The notes under the pieces were generated by a model. It had not been told where the DNA came from. It searched no databases and worked only from the letters and a program-made list of their open reading frames with translations. Positions 34,860 through 47,851 of a DNA stretch of 64,000 bases are shown here, piece by piece. Within the stretch, counting starts at the first letter, position 1. Every line of letters starts with the position of its first letter. A program made the position numbers and the translations under genes. Source of the stretch: Heteronotia binoei (lineage: Eukaryota); contig NC_083223.1 of assembly GCF_032191835.1 (NCBI RefSeq), forward strand, positions 56,482,001 through 56,546,000, in the 5' to 3' direction.

Positions 34860-37800
34860 ATCACATTTCAGAGAGCTCTGAGAGAGAGCAGAGAAGCTCT
34901 GAGAGAGAGCAGAGAAATAGTGCTATAAAGGTGAGGTTTGGCTTTCTAAGCAGCTGGGGAAGTTGCTGAGAATTTCTGTGTTTGTGTGACTGCTGAAAAT
35001 TCTGAGTTTGTGGTTGCTGGGGAACTGCTGTCTGTTTGGTTTGAGTGGGTTGAAGGTGATCGAAGGTGATTGTTGCTGATTGATTAGGAGTAGCTATGTT
35101 CCCCACCCTCTTTGCATTATTAAGCTGAGCCTTGCCAGAGGCGTGAGAGCTAAAGGGCTCTTGGCCTGGGGGCTCTGTAAAAACCAGGAACCCAGATCCC
35201 TATTTCCTTGTGTTTCCAATAAGGTAAGTTGACCCTCCAGAAGGAGAGCCACATAAACAAACAGGATTTAAAAGGGGACTGTATATTTTTGGATAAAGCT
35301 GTCAAGAAAGTAGAATGCCAGCAGGGGGGTGGGGGCTTTCCAGTGTTTTGCACTGAGTGTCACATGTATGACTATCTGCCGACGCACAGAAGTCTTGGAT
35401 GTGTGCTTGATGCAAGGAGCTCCTGGTCCTCAGGGAACGAGTTTGTACCCTTGAGGCCTAGGTGACTGACCTGGAGAAGCAGAGACAGTCAGTTAGGCAC
35501 TCAAAGAAGACTCTTGGGGACGTATTAGATGAGCCCCACTCTGAACGTGGCAGCCCCGTTGCTGCCAGGGAGCGTGAGGGTCAAGAGGGAACAGGGCACC
35601 GTGCTGAGGATAAAGGGAATGTGCCCTCAGAAGGGACCTCTTCTTCAGTTGGTGAGCGGGTATCCTTTCATGCCAAGGAACCATCCCTGGGCAGGGAGAG
35701 AGGGGGAGTCTTGGTAGTTGGTGATTTGATCCTTAGGCAAGTAGACAGCTGGGTGGCAAAACCACGTACTGACCGTATGGTGACTTGCCTGCCTGGTGCA
35801 AAGGTAGCGGACATTACGCGTGTAGTAGATAGGCTGGTAGACAGTGCTGGGGAGGAGCCAGTGGTCATGGTGCATGTTGGCACCAATGATGTGGGGAAAT
35901 GCAGTCATGAGGTCCTGGAGGAAAAATTTAGGCTGCTAGACAGGAGACTTAAGGCCAGGACCTCCAAGGTAGCCTTCTCAGAAGTGCTACCTGTTCCATG
36001 TGCAGGGCTGGAGAGACAGGAACAAATTAGAAGTCTCAACATGTGGATGAGACGATGGTGTAGGGAGGAAGGGTTTAAGTTTGTTAGGCATTGGAATGCT
36101 TTCTGGAACAAGCAGGAGCTGTACAAGAGACGGTCTCCACTTGTCCCCAGATGGAACCAGTTGCTGGCGCTTAAAATCAAAAAGGTGGCAAAGCAGTTTT
36201 TGAACTAAATCTTGGGGGAAAGCCGACAGGAGATTAAATGTCTCTGGTTCGGGAGGACTCATCTCAAAGAGATGAAGGGTTAGCTCTTACTTTTCTACCA
36301 GGTAATGGATCAGAGTTGTCCACTGAGATGGTGATAAACAGTATGGAGTGTCTGCCAAAGTCTCGAGGTGGCAGGAGGAAGGTTGCGGACCTAACTTGCA
36401 TGGGAAATTATAGATGTTTATATACAAATGCTAGAAGTGTTCAAAGTAAAATTGGTGAGTTGGAATGTTTAGTGCTGGGGGAAAACGTAGACATTGTGGG
36501 AATTTCAGAAACTTGATGGAATGAGGAGAATCAGTGGGACACGGTGATTCCTGGATATAAGATATCGGAAGGATAGGGAGGGAAGGATTGGAGGTGGGGC
36601 GGCTCTGTATGTCAGAGAGGGTATACAGTCCAGTAAGACTGAGGTCAGAGAATTAGAGTCCCTTCTAGAAATGCTTTGGGTCGAAATAGAGGGCCCAAAA
36701 GGTAATTTAACTATGGGAGTTTGTTATCGCAACCAAATCAAAAGACAGAGGACGATTATAATACGATGGAAGGATTAAAGATAGCGGCTAAACATAAAAA
36801 CTGTGTCGTAATTGGTGATTTTAACTACCCGCAGATTGATTGGGTCAATACGTGTTCAGGTTGAGAGAAATAGATATAGTTTCTAGATGCTCTCAATGAC
36901 TGTGCTATGGAGCAGATGGTCACAGAACCTACCAGGGGTGGGGCGATCCTGGATTTGGTCCTAAGTAATGCCCAAGACTTGGTGAGAGATGTAAAAGTGA
37001 TTGTACCACTTGGAAGCAGTGACCATAACGTTATTGATTTCACCATTTGCATAAATAGGGAGTTGCCCCAAAAGACCAGCACAACCATGTTTAACTTTAA
37101 AAGGCGTAAATTCTCTGAGATGAGGCGGCATGTGAAGAGGAAATTGAAAGGAAAGGTAAATACAGTCAAAACCCTTGGGGAAGCTTGGAGGCTATTTAAA
37201 ACTACAATCCTAGAAGCTCAGATAAAATATATACCACAAGTTAGGAAAGGCACAAACAGGTATAAGAAAAGGCGTGCATGGTTAACAAACAAAGTAATGG
37301 AAACTGTAAAAGGTAAGGACTCTTTTAAGCGCTGGAAAGCTAGTCCAAGTGAAATTAATAAAAGGGAACACAGGCTGTGGCAAATCAAATGCAAGACTGT
37401 GATCAGGCAGGCAAAAAGGGACTATGAGGAGCATATTGCAAAAAAACATAAAGACCAACAATAAAAATTTCTTCAAATGTATTAGAAACAGGAAACCAGC
37501 CAGGGAGGCAGTGGGGCCCTTGGATGACCAAGGGGTAAAAGGATTACTGAAGGAAATGGCTGAGAAGTTGAATGCATTTTTTGCCTCCGTCTTCAATGTG
37601 GAAGATGAGAAGTGTTTGCCCGCTCCAGTACCACTTATTTTGGAAGGGATGTTGAAAGACCTGAGTCAGATTGAGGTGACAAGAGAGGAGGTCCTACAAC
37701 TGATAGACGAATTAAAATCTAATAAGTCACCAGGTCCGGATGGCATACATCCAAGAGTTCTGAAAGAACTCAAAGTTGAACTTGTGGATCTCCTGACAAA

Positions 37801-39102
37801 AATATGTAATCTTTCATTGAAATCTGCCTCTGTTCCTGAAGATTGGAAGGTAGCCAGTGTTACCCCCATCTTTAAAAAGGGTTCCAGAGGAGATCCAGGA
37901 AATTACAGGCCAGTCAGTCTGACTTCAATACTGGGAAAGTTGGTAGAAACCATTATCAAGGACAGAATGAGTAGGCACATTGATGAACATGAGTTATTTA
38001 GGAAGACTCAGCATGGGTTCTGTAAGGGAAGATCTTGCCTCACTAACCTGTTACAGTTCTTTGAGGGGGTGAACAAACATGTGAACAAAGGAGATCCAAT
38101 AGATGTCGTTTACCTTGACTTCCAGAAAGGTTTTGATAAAGTTCCTCATCAAAGGCTCCTTAGTAAGCTCGAGAGTCATGGAGTAAAAGGACACGTCCTC
38201 TTGTGGATCAAAAACTGGCTAATTAATAGGAAGCAGAGAGTGAGTATAAATGGGCAGTCTTCGCAGTGGAGGACGATAAGCAGTGGGGTGCCGCAGGGCT
38301 CAGTACTGGGTCCCATGCTCTTTAAGTTATTCATAAATAATTTGAAGTTGGGAGTAAGCAGTGAAGTGGCCAAGTTTGCAGATGACACTAAATTGTTCAG
38401 GGTGGTGAGAACCAGAGAGGAGTGTGAGGCACTCCAAAAGGATCTGTTGAGGCTGGGTGAGTGGGCGTCAACATGGCAGATGAGGTTCAGTGTGGCCAAG
38501 TGCAAAGTAATGCACATTGGGGCCAAGAATCCCAGCTACAAATACAAGTTGATGGGTTGTGAACTGGCAGAGACTGACCATGAGAGAGATCTTGATGTCG
38601 TGGTAGATAACTCACTGAAAATGTCAAGACAGTGTGCGATTGCAATAAAAAAGGCCAACGCCATGCTGGGAATTATTAGGAAGGGAATTGAAAACAAATC
38701 AGCCAGTATCATAATGCTCCTGTATAAATCGATGGTGCGATCTCATTTGGAATACTGTGTACAATTCTGGTCACCGCACCTCAGAAAGGATAATATAGCA
38801 TTGGAAAAAGTGCAGAAAAGGGCGACTAGAATGATTAAAGGTTTGGAACACTTTCCCTATGAAGAAAAGTTAAAATGCTTGGGGCTCTTTAGCTTGGAGA
38901 AACATCGACTGCGGGGTGACATGAACAGAGGTTTACAAGATTATGCATGGGATGGAGAAAGTAGAGAAAGAAGTACTTTTCTCCCTTTCTCACAATACAA
39001 GAACTCGTGGGCATTCAATGAAATTGCTGAGCAGTCAGGTTAAAATGGATAAAAGGAAGTACTTCTTCACCCAAAGGGTGATTAACATGTGGAATTCTCT
39101 GC

Positions 39103-39174
<72 letters not shown>

Positions 39175-39253
39175 GCCACTGTGTGACACAGAGTGTTGGA
39201 CTGAATGGGCCATTGGCCTGATCCAACATGGCTTCTCTTATGTTCTTATGTTC
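34860..39253 (+). mobile_element. Near-full-length CR1 LINE, disabled
   Basis: ORF1 has a zinc-finger start (FCTECHMYDYLP) and an SGNH esterase (VVGDLILR, HVGTND; 35462-36208). ORF2 has an APE endonuclease (CLYTNARS, GISET*) and RT (37424-39043; GVPQGSVLGP, KFADD), with stops and frameshifts. CR1 3' tail (TTCTTATG)n. The 5' boundary is approximate. Confidence 0.93.
39103..39171. repeat. (GT)n(TA)n microsatellite inside the CR1 3' end
   Basis: Directly visible. Confidence 0.98.
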
Positions 39254-41479
39254 TGTTTAGGGTTGGATTGCACCATAAATGACAAATTTGGTTTACCTTT
39301 GCATAAGGAGTATGATGGCCCTGAAATGCAGTTTGTTGCTAATCTTAATAAATACTAAACATGAAAAAATTCAATATGAAATCTCACATTAGTGAACATT
39401 AATCATGTTATGTTGGGGAAGGGGAAAGTAGCGTAGAGTTCCTTTGCCAGAGGGTCCTATTGCTATAGTTAAATGTTCTTGGTTTTGACCCTAAAGGAAA
39501 GGTTATCATGGCTTATTCTGACTGCCCTTCCCTTTTTCACCCCTAAAAGAAGACTACAGGACTTGAAGGAGTTATTGCAGACATATTCTTTATGATAGAA
39601 CTTGAAAATTTAGCCCAGTGGACTGGTGCTTAAAACCTTTGATATTGTTTGAATTTTATTTCTTTATTATTTGTTTTATCCTGCCCTTCTAACAAATTTA
39701 GAGTGCATAGTTCTCTCTTCCTCCATTTTATCCTCGTAATAGGCCTGTAAGGCCATTAATTTAAGAGTTATTGGTCCAGGATTCCCCTCTGAACTTCATG
39801 GCTGGGTGGAGACTTGAGGTCAGTAAACCTCCTAGCCTGAGGCAAATGTTATGGAAAAGGAAGCAAGAACTAGGTCTTTTTCGTTCTCTTTCAATGCTCT
39901 AACTACAATACACCCTGGCTCAGTAGTTCTTATTGCTAAGACAAGAAATGTTGTTCACTATATAATACAATGTGTTATTACGATAACGTATTAAACTATA
40001 GTGTACGACATTTCTGGTTTGCCTAGGTGTATGAGGTTATTCAGGTGATTAATTCACAAAGTTAATTCACTGTGCAGAGTTCACAACGGGTTTTCAAGTA
40101 GCTGTCAGTTTACTTCATCAGTGGTCACAAAAAGGTACTAGAAAATAACTGACAATTAATTAGAGGTAGTCCGGGTGACCCTATAAAGATTCAAGGTTCT
40201 CTGAAGCAAGAGGAGCATAAAAATGATCCCTAAATATTTGATTAATGTCATTAGGTTCAGCTCATCCGTTAGGAAGGCACATTTGCATCTTTTGACCTTG
40301 TACCTGAGTAGCACGGCAGCAGCAATTCCCCAGATAGCGCAGCTCTTTCGACCCCATCTCAGACTGAATGGAGGATGGAGTCACCCTGTTAAAAACCCTC
40401 CTCATTAAGTGGAATTAGTGTCCCTTTTAAACAAAAGCCATTCTACTGACAATAATTACTTCAAGTTTCAGGAGCTGCCACAAAAAGCTTCCTGAGTAGG
40501 TTTGTATAAATTTAAAGAGATCTTCTAAAAGTACTTTCCAGGGGTTGGCAACATGAAATTTCATATAAAATCCAAGGTCCTTAAAATGTGTTTGAGTTTG
40601 GACAGAAACCTGCCTATCCACCTCTGTCAAATGACTCTGCTATAGCTAGTGTATAGATGCCTAGAATGCAGTTTAGCATCAGCACAAAATGTTCAGGTCA
40701 GCTTTTCCCACCTCCCAATTGCTGAGGCAGTAATTAAAAATTGGACCTGTAATGATTCACACTGCAGTATACTGCAATGAAGGATGAGATGGGGTTTATA
40801 AAAGGGGGGGAGGCTTTGACAGATAATAATGAAAAGCACCTGATAGTGAGAGTTGCTAAAGACAAATTTCCTGCTCGAACAGGAAAGATGATGGTGGGTG
40901 TTCACATGTGCTTCTTACAGAGATTTGGTCCAAAACTGCTACTGTATTAGCATGTCCTTCCCATCTCTGTTCCAGCCCAGTTAAAACAGAGATTTGCTAT
41001 TGTCTCATCTAAGGTGATGACTTTTGCAATGACTGTATCTTGACTTTTTACTTGGTGTTTTTGGTTTGTGTGCTCACAAAATCTCTCAATACGTTTGTTC
41101 AACAATTTACACCGATACAGTCAAATCTCTATAGCAACAGGGTATTTGATGTTCAGCCTTTATTGCATGCTTTCAAGAACACTAAACGACAAACATTGTT
41201 TGTCAACGTTTGGGCTCTAAAAAGACTGAACTGTACATTTGCAATAGCACAATGACTTCCTTGCTATTTCTTTAGCAAATAATTCCATTGAAAATATTGG
41301 TCCCCAGGGTTGGTAGCATCCTTGAAATAATGAACCTGGAAATAGGCACTGAAATAACTAGAGTCAACTTTATTAACAGCTGACCTGCAAGAAGAAAACT
41401 TATTTTTGGAAATTTCTTCTCAAATCACAATGCACGTTTCCTTCAAGTTGCTCCTCTAGAGATAACTTCCCCATGCCTT

Positions 41480-43135
41480 TGAATGCAAGTTAAGCCCACC
41501 CTGGTTCAGATCTCAGCTCAGCTAGTTTCTCTGCCTTTACTCTCACTGCCTGTAGATCAGCTAGAGTGCCAGGAGGGACCAGCCCCACCAGTGAGTCAGC
41601 CTCAGTATTCACTGACGCTGCCCAGCCCATCAGAGAGTTCTCTCATCCATTTCCTTTGGACCAGCCAGCCATAAGGTTTGGTCTATGTATACCTCAGGGT
41701 TTGAATGTTCTTTCTTCCTCTAACTTCCAGCTAATTTTGAAGGCCCTGGTAAGTACAATCAAATCCTCAATCCTTGCATTATGTTCAAGGATTGCTAGAT
41801 AATTTCCCAAAGTTCTGGGCACTAAACCCCTCTCCCTAAGGCTCACATAAATTGCATGCAATGCTTCATTGATCTGGTCCAATCTTTTGCCAGTCATACG
41901 TAGGCCTACAATCCTGGAACTTTCTACAATATCAGCAGCTGGCTCTAGAACCAATGATGGGAAGTCTGCACAGCACCTGACGCATTGTTCTGGCTTCCCA
42001 CTTGCCACAGATGCTATTTGTCCAAAGTACTCTTTCTAGAATAAAATACTGAATCCATTATTTATGCCATGCAAGAAAGAAGATATTGTGCTTAAGACAC
42101 TGTAGAACAAAAGCCAAAACCAGTCCCTTAGCCTTTGGCGAGCTTGAAGTCTGAGACTAAAATACATGCGTGGAAGAGATGTTATTATTCTAGAATTTCA
42201 CTGTAATAGGTCATCGTGTCAGCCCAGAGGGGTTTTCTGTAGTCAATTTCAACTACTTATGTTTGCGCCATTTATAGAAGAAAACCTGTTTTGCCATATC
42301 TTTTGCCATGATTGCAACAAATTAAAGTAGCATGACTTTTTACTTTTAAACCCAGTTGTTTTGTAAACCCACAAGGATGGTTTTACCAATAATAGCTGCA
42401 CTTAGAACACCTGAATTTAACAGTTTTATTTGCATATTCATTAGATTAAATACACTCGTAGCTTTCACATTAAATAACGGTGAGGTGCCACTGAACTGCA
42501 CCTGTATACATTTCCACTAATAGCAGGATAGTTAATTACTGAATTTCTTAAATTCATGCTCCAATTTAACATGGGGTGTAAATGAACAGTAGTGGCATGG
42601 AGGAAGCAGATTAAGCTTCAGGCAGTGACTTACTATAACTCTTACTCTGTTCATTTAAAGCTTGTGGCGCTGAAGGAAGAAATCAACTGCCAATTCTAGT
42701 AAGAATTCCACATCGGTCAGTTATAGAGATCACCTAAGCAGAGAAATCATAATGACATATCTTCTAGTCCACAATAAGGTTGCAATGCCAAGTAGGGAAA
42801 CCTTGAAATAAATTTCTATTTTATAAATCCTGCAGCATACTTTGAACATTTACTGGAGTGGATCCTCTCCATATTCCTTCCCCTCCGCTGAGCAAGGTTT
42901 GACACTTTCCCCTAGCCTAAGACATCTTCCAGTTTAAGTAACTCTTTCCTCCAATGGACATGTAGTGTATCTTCTCTGACCACTTAAGTCTCCTACAACC
43001 AGGTATGACATCCTCTGCAAAGTCTTGGACTGGTTTAGATAATATAGTATCACTGGTAATCAGAAGCAAATGTAAAGGACAGTGGTCACTCAAAGTAAGA
43101 TCTAAGATCTCAAACCTAGTCATAAAATTCATTAG
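41480..43135 (-). mobile_element. Possible degraded LINE remnants
   Basis: Minus ORF 42917-43132 has TLSDHCPL (APE C-terminal SDH motif). The coiled-coil-like ORF 41694-42008 is unassigned. Confidence 0.35.
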
Positions 43136-43264
43136 AGCTGGAGATACTACAGTGTGTTTGCTCTTGTTCTAATCTTGGGATAGTATTATCCACACATTGC
43201 ATGACAGCTGAGGCACATGTGCGTTCAGTTAGAATTCCTCACATGAAATAAGAACGCACACAGG

Positions 43265-43458
43265 AAGCAGCTTTATACTGAATCAGACCATTGGTCCATT
43301 AATGTCAGTACTGTCTACTCAGGCTCGCACCAGCTCTCCAGTGTCTCAGGTAGTGGTCTTTCACGTTACCTACTGCCTTGACCTTTTAACTGGAGAGACC
43401 AGATATTAAACCTGGGACCTTCAGCATACAAAGTGGAGGGTCTTCTACTGAGCCACAT
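43265..43458 (-). mobile_element. tRNA-derived SINE, same family as 19469
   Basis: tatactgaatcagacc tail and ctactgagccac A-box end. Confidence 0.8.
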
Positions 43459-43620
43459 CTGCTCCCCACAAGAATTATGTGAGGGGGAGCTTCCCTAAAC
43501 CTTGAGGTACATGTTATAGGAAATTTCAGTTATTGCTCCCTGGCATATGGTTATTGCAAGTTTGTGGATCCATCCCATACACATGGTAAGTTTGCTTTAA
43601 AAAGCACATCTGTTTTTCTT

Positions 43621-43760
43621 ACCATCTCTAACCTGGATTGCCCAGTTTAGTCAGATCTTGGAAGCTTAGCAGAGTCAACCATGGTTAGTACTTGGATGGG
43701 AGACCGCCATCTAGGAATGTTACACAGAGTCAGGCAATGGCAAATCTAAGTCTGCTTTGA
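43621..43760 (+). mobile_element. 5S rRNA-derived SINE fragment (5S-Sauria-like)
   Basis: gatcttggaagcttagcagagtc...tggttagtacttggatgggagaccgcc matches the 5S internal control region, followed by ggcaatggcaaa. Confidence 0.75.
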
Positions 43761-44529
43761 CTTGATGGCACTTTCCACCACCATTTCTATAACCCAGCTT
43801 TCAGGTAGCTAAAATACAAATGTAATAAATAAAAATATAATAATTCATTCTAAAAATGTCTGTGTTATTTTCCATACTAGTTATTAAGGTTGCCTGACAT
43901 ATGCCGGGAGCAAGAAGTCTCCTGATCTCAGCTCCTGTTGCCTGCTGCAGCTCTAGCAAACAGCAGGAGGGGGGGGGGGACAAAAAGGAAATAAAATAGG
44001 TGTGATGCCTAGGAATTGCCAGAAACTTTGTGGTAGTGATGTAATGGAAGTAACACAATGCTGTCATGCCAATGGCCTCTGGCAGGCAATTCTACTAGCT
44101 ATGGTTAATAAATTTGTCACTGACAATGTGTCAGATATTGTCAGGACAGTTTTCTAGGAACCAAGCAGAATTATCATGGGTTTTAAATTATATCCTGTCA
44201 TTTCATGTATTCTTTTAAATATTATTGTCAATGATCAGATATATATTTTACAGACCCACCAAAAAAGCATAAAAACTGCTATTATGGTGCCATTTTATCT
44301 TTCTAAAAAAGGTCTGATAATCATAGTAAGTTTTTTTTTCCTGGTGTAATGGAATTAAATAACAGCATTGATAATCTTTAACACTGGTAAAAATAGAATA
44401 TAGTAGGTTCCAAAAATATGTGTCTATACTTCCTTTTTCATTTCCTCCTAGTGTTGCCTGAACTTTAGTTACTCACATTCTTCTAATTGTAGCAAATTAG
44501 ACCTATAAACCTTTGGTGGATTAGAAGCA

Positions 44530-45690
44530 GGTTAAACAACAGGAAGCATAAAGTAGGAATAAATAGGCAGTTCTCATAATAGAGGACATCAAGAACTGGG
44601 CTCCTGCAGAGATCAGTATTGGTACTGGTGCTATAAATCTGTTCAGAAATTATCTAGAAGTGGGGATAAGGAGCAAAGTAATTCTGCAGATTATACTGCA
44701 TTAGCAACCAAAGAGATCCAGGGGCTGTAGTATCTTCTTAGGAAAAGCTAATGAGTTTGGGCTTTTAAAATTTAAAGAAAAGACAACTAAGGGAAGATGT
44801 GATCGAGATCTATAAAATTACAAATGGGCTTCTATGAGACTCGCAGGAGGGAATCCCATCTCCCCTCCACTCTCTCGCCAAGCCCAGCATGGCCCATGGA
44901 CTCTCCAGCAGATTCTGCTGGGCCCAGCATGGCTCCCATGCTTTCCCTGGGCTGCTGAACCCAGCACGGCTCCGGAGCTGTGCATCTACTGCTGCCAGGC
45001 CCAGCATGGAGCCCCGGGGTGCACTACAGCTGCTGCTGGGGCCGGTGTAACCCCATGCTCGCCCTCGGCTGTGCCACTGCTGGGCCCAGTATGGTTCCCA
45101 GGCTTTCTGCAAGCCACTGGCAGTTTCAGCACAGCCTCCAGGCTCTCCCTGAGTGGCACTGCTGCTGTTGGGCCTACTGCATTTCTCAGGCTGTGCAGTC
45201 ACAGCCACTGGAGACAGGATGGAACCCCAGGCTGCACTGCTGCTTGACCCAGCATGGTTCCCAGGTTCCTTCAACTGCCAGAGATAAGTATGTTCTCTGC
45301 ACTGATGCAGAGAACACTATTTTAGTTTGGGAGCAATCTAAACCCCTGCCCCCATTATATTTTTGTAAATATTTAAGATTTTTCTGCAAACTTATAGGAT
45401 CCCTGAGTTGTCAGAAAAATCTTTTTAGCATCCACCTGGCCCCAGTCCATGAATTTAGATACCCTTAGGTGGGGGCTAGAGTTCACTAATAGATGCATGA
45501 GTTGGAGAAACTGGAGAAAGATCTCTCTCTCATAATACTGGAACTCACAGGCACCCAGTGAAGGGCAGTAAATCCCAATCAAACAAAAGGCAGTACTTAT
45601 TTACTCCAAGAATACTTAGTGTGTGGCATTCACTTCCTCAAGATGTATTAATGGCCACCAATTGGACTGGCTTTAAATGGGATTAATCCA
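44530..45690 (+). mobile_element. Old CR1 fragments interrupted by a GC-rich repetitive insert (about 44830-45490)
   Basis: Degenerate RKQRVGINGQFS...GSVLG and CR1 3' sequence on both sides of the insert. Confidence 0.6.
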
Positions 45691-45706
45691 GTTCTTTGCT
45701 TGTTGC

Positions 45707-46412
45707 TTGGGTTGCCAAGTCTAATTCAAGAAATTCTGGGGACTTTGGAGGTGGAGCCAGGAGACTTTGGTAGTGGAGCCAGGAGACGTTGGGGGCGAAG
45801 CCAGGAGCAAGGGTGTGACAAGCATAATTGAACTCCAAGGGAGTTCTGGCCATCACATTTGAAGGAACAGCACACCTTTTTAAATGCCTTCCTTCCATAG
45901 AAAATAATGGAGGATAAGGGCACCTTCTTTTGGGGCTCATAGAATTGGACCCCCTGGTCCAATCATTTTGAAACTTGGGGGTATTTTGGGGAGTGGCACT
46001 AGATGCTATACTGAAAATTTGGTGCCTCTACCTCAAATAACAGCCCCCACAGAGCCCCCGATACCTCCAGATCAATTCCCCATTATACCCTATGAGTATC
46101 GATCTCCACATAGGAAATAATGAAGTGCCCAGCAGAGATGTCCCTCCCCCATCCCCCACCCCTGTTTCTGGCAATTCTGAAGTGAGGGACTGGCATCTCT
46201 ACTCATGAGTTGCTGCCAACTTCTTCAAAGTAACACAGACACACCATCCCAAGAGGAAGCCTTTCCAATCGGAGACTGAAGCCTCCGGAGATGGAAAGTC
46301 ACATGGTGGCTGTGGAAGCGGGGCTCCCCCCCACTGACCAGCTGACTGGGGGCAGGAAGGAGCCTGGGAAAGCGGAAGAGCCCCTGCTGGGACCTGGGGA
46401 TTTGGAAGCCTA
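45707..46412 (+). mobile_element. Non-autonomous hAT, TAGGG family
   Basis: TSD CTTGTTGC vs TTTGTTGC (7/8). Same family as 50089-50972, opposite orientation. Confidence 0.85.
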
Positions 46413-46871
46413 TTTGTTGCCCAGTGGTATAGTGGTTGTACCAACCTGCAATGATGCCAGATATACATGGGTCATTATTCCTATGGCTGTCCTAACCCTG
46501 GAGGAGAAGGGGCAACACCACAGTCCACTTACACATCAGAGAGAAGAGCAGGGCTGCCAAGAGCCACCACAAACCCCAGGTAAAGTTTCTGTCTGGGCTC
46601 CCCATGTGACATGTGACCCTGAACAAAACCAAATATTATTGGCTTGCTGTTACCATCCATGAATAGAATAATAATTGTCCATTAGATTAAAAAAAAGTTA
46701 AAGGAAAAGGGCCAAGAATGTCGATGAATGAGTTTTACTTAATTTATTGACACAGTGCACATTGCAATAAGGTATGGTGTAAAAACAAAAACACCCACTT
46801 TCAAATAACCATCTAGCGCAGGTCAGCATAAACGGAGAAGAGATAGATTTGAAGAAATCTGGCTTTTCTCC

Positions 46872-47150
46872 TGTTGTGTCTTGCATTTCAGTCCCGAAAT
46901 TACAACACAGCGGACACTACGGAGGTGACCAGTGGAAGTCCACTGGTCCCCAGATGTAGTTCCGCAAATACGCTCCGCCAATCAAGATCTGTGGTGGGAA
47001 GTTTAACTGGCCAGGATTGTACCTGACCAGACTGAGGGTTGTTCTGGGATATGTATATAATCGGGACCCAGCCCGCGTTGCCTTGCCTTGTGATGTACTC
47101 GCTAATAAAGCATGTTGCCTTCAACACATCTCGTCACTCAGTACATTACA
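46872..47150 (+). mobile_element. Gypsy 5' LTR (279 bp)
   Basis: TGTTGTG...TTACA ends, TATATAA near 47054, AATAAA at 47104, PBS immediately downstream. Confidence 0.8.
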
Positions 47151-47151
47151 G

Positions 47152-47169
47152 TGGCGACGAAGGTGGGAT
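47152..47169 (+). promoter_or_regulatory. Primer-binding site complementary to the tRNA-Ser(GCU) 3' end
   Basis: TGGCGACGAAGGTGGGAT vs expected TGGCGACGAGGATGGGAT (16/18; tRNA sequence recalled). Confidence 0.75.
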
Positions 47170-47851
47170 TCTAGCCAGGTAACTCCCCAAGCTGACCTGG
47201 TCGGAGACGAGGAAGGCACACATTCGAGGGAGACAAAAGCGTCCGCCACCACCCCCAAGTGGGACGACAGGCCACCTTGCAGAGTTCGATCCCGCCAACC
47301 CCGATAGGTGGGAGACCTACACGGAGTAGGTCGATTGCTACCTACGAGCAAACATGATTACAGACGACAGCCGAAAGAGAGACGTGCTCCTGAGTATCTG
47401 CGGGGAGGCCACATTCGAGATCGCAATGGGTCTCTCGGCCCCTGCGAAGATCACGGAGAAAATGTATGAGGAGATAGTCAGACTCCTGACCGGGCACTTC
47501 TTGCCCCAGCCTTCCATCATCGCCCACCGATTCCTCTTCCACAAGAGGGATCAAGAGGTGGGAGAGACAGCTGCCGTCTACCTAACCGCCCTCTGCCAAA
47601 TCGCAGGGAACTGCAGCTTCGACAAGCTGGATGAAGCCCTGAGGGATCGCTTTGTCTGGGGCCTCCGAGACGAAGCAAAAGCTCTTCGCAAAGGAAGAGC
47701 TCACCCTCCAACTCGGCTTCAACGAAGCCACTGCATTCGAGAGAGCAACCAAAGCTTACAACAATCCGCGAGCAGAAGCCGTCCACCAGTGGGAGATGGC
47801 ACCGGGCAAAACAGAGGAGGAGGCAAACCAGCTACGTCGTCAACCAGGAAT

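Noticed and set aside
38943-39229. ORFs with YIYIYI runs, and ORFs with X runs at the gaps
   Set aside because: Artefacts of the (TA)n microsatellite and of N gaps.
40981-41013. In-frame 33-nt microexon (LKQRFAIVSSK) with downstream TGCATG at 41164
   Set aside because: An upstream AG at 40974-40975 would probably be used first and shift the frame, the donor gtgatg is weak, and there is no homology I recognise. RNA-seq would be needed.
43621-43760. Genuine 5S rRNA gene
   Set aside because: The 5' part is degenerate, homology stops after box C, and there is no oligo-T terminator at the expected place.
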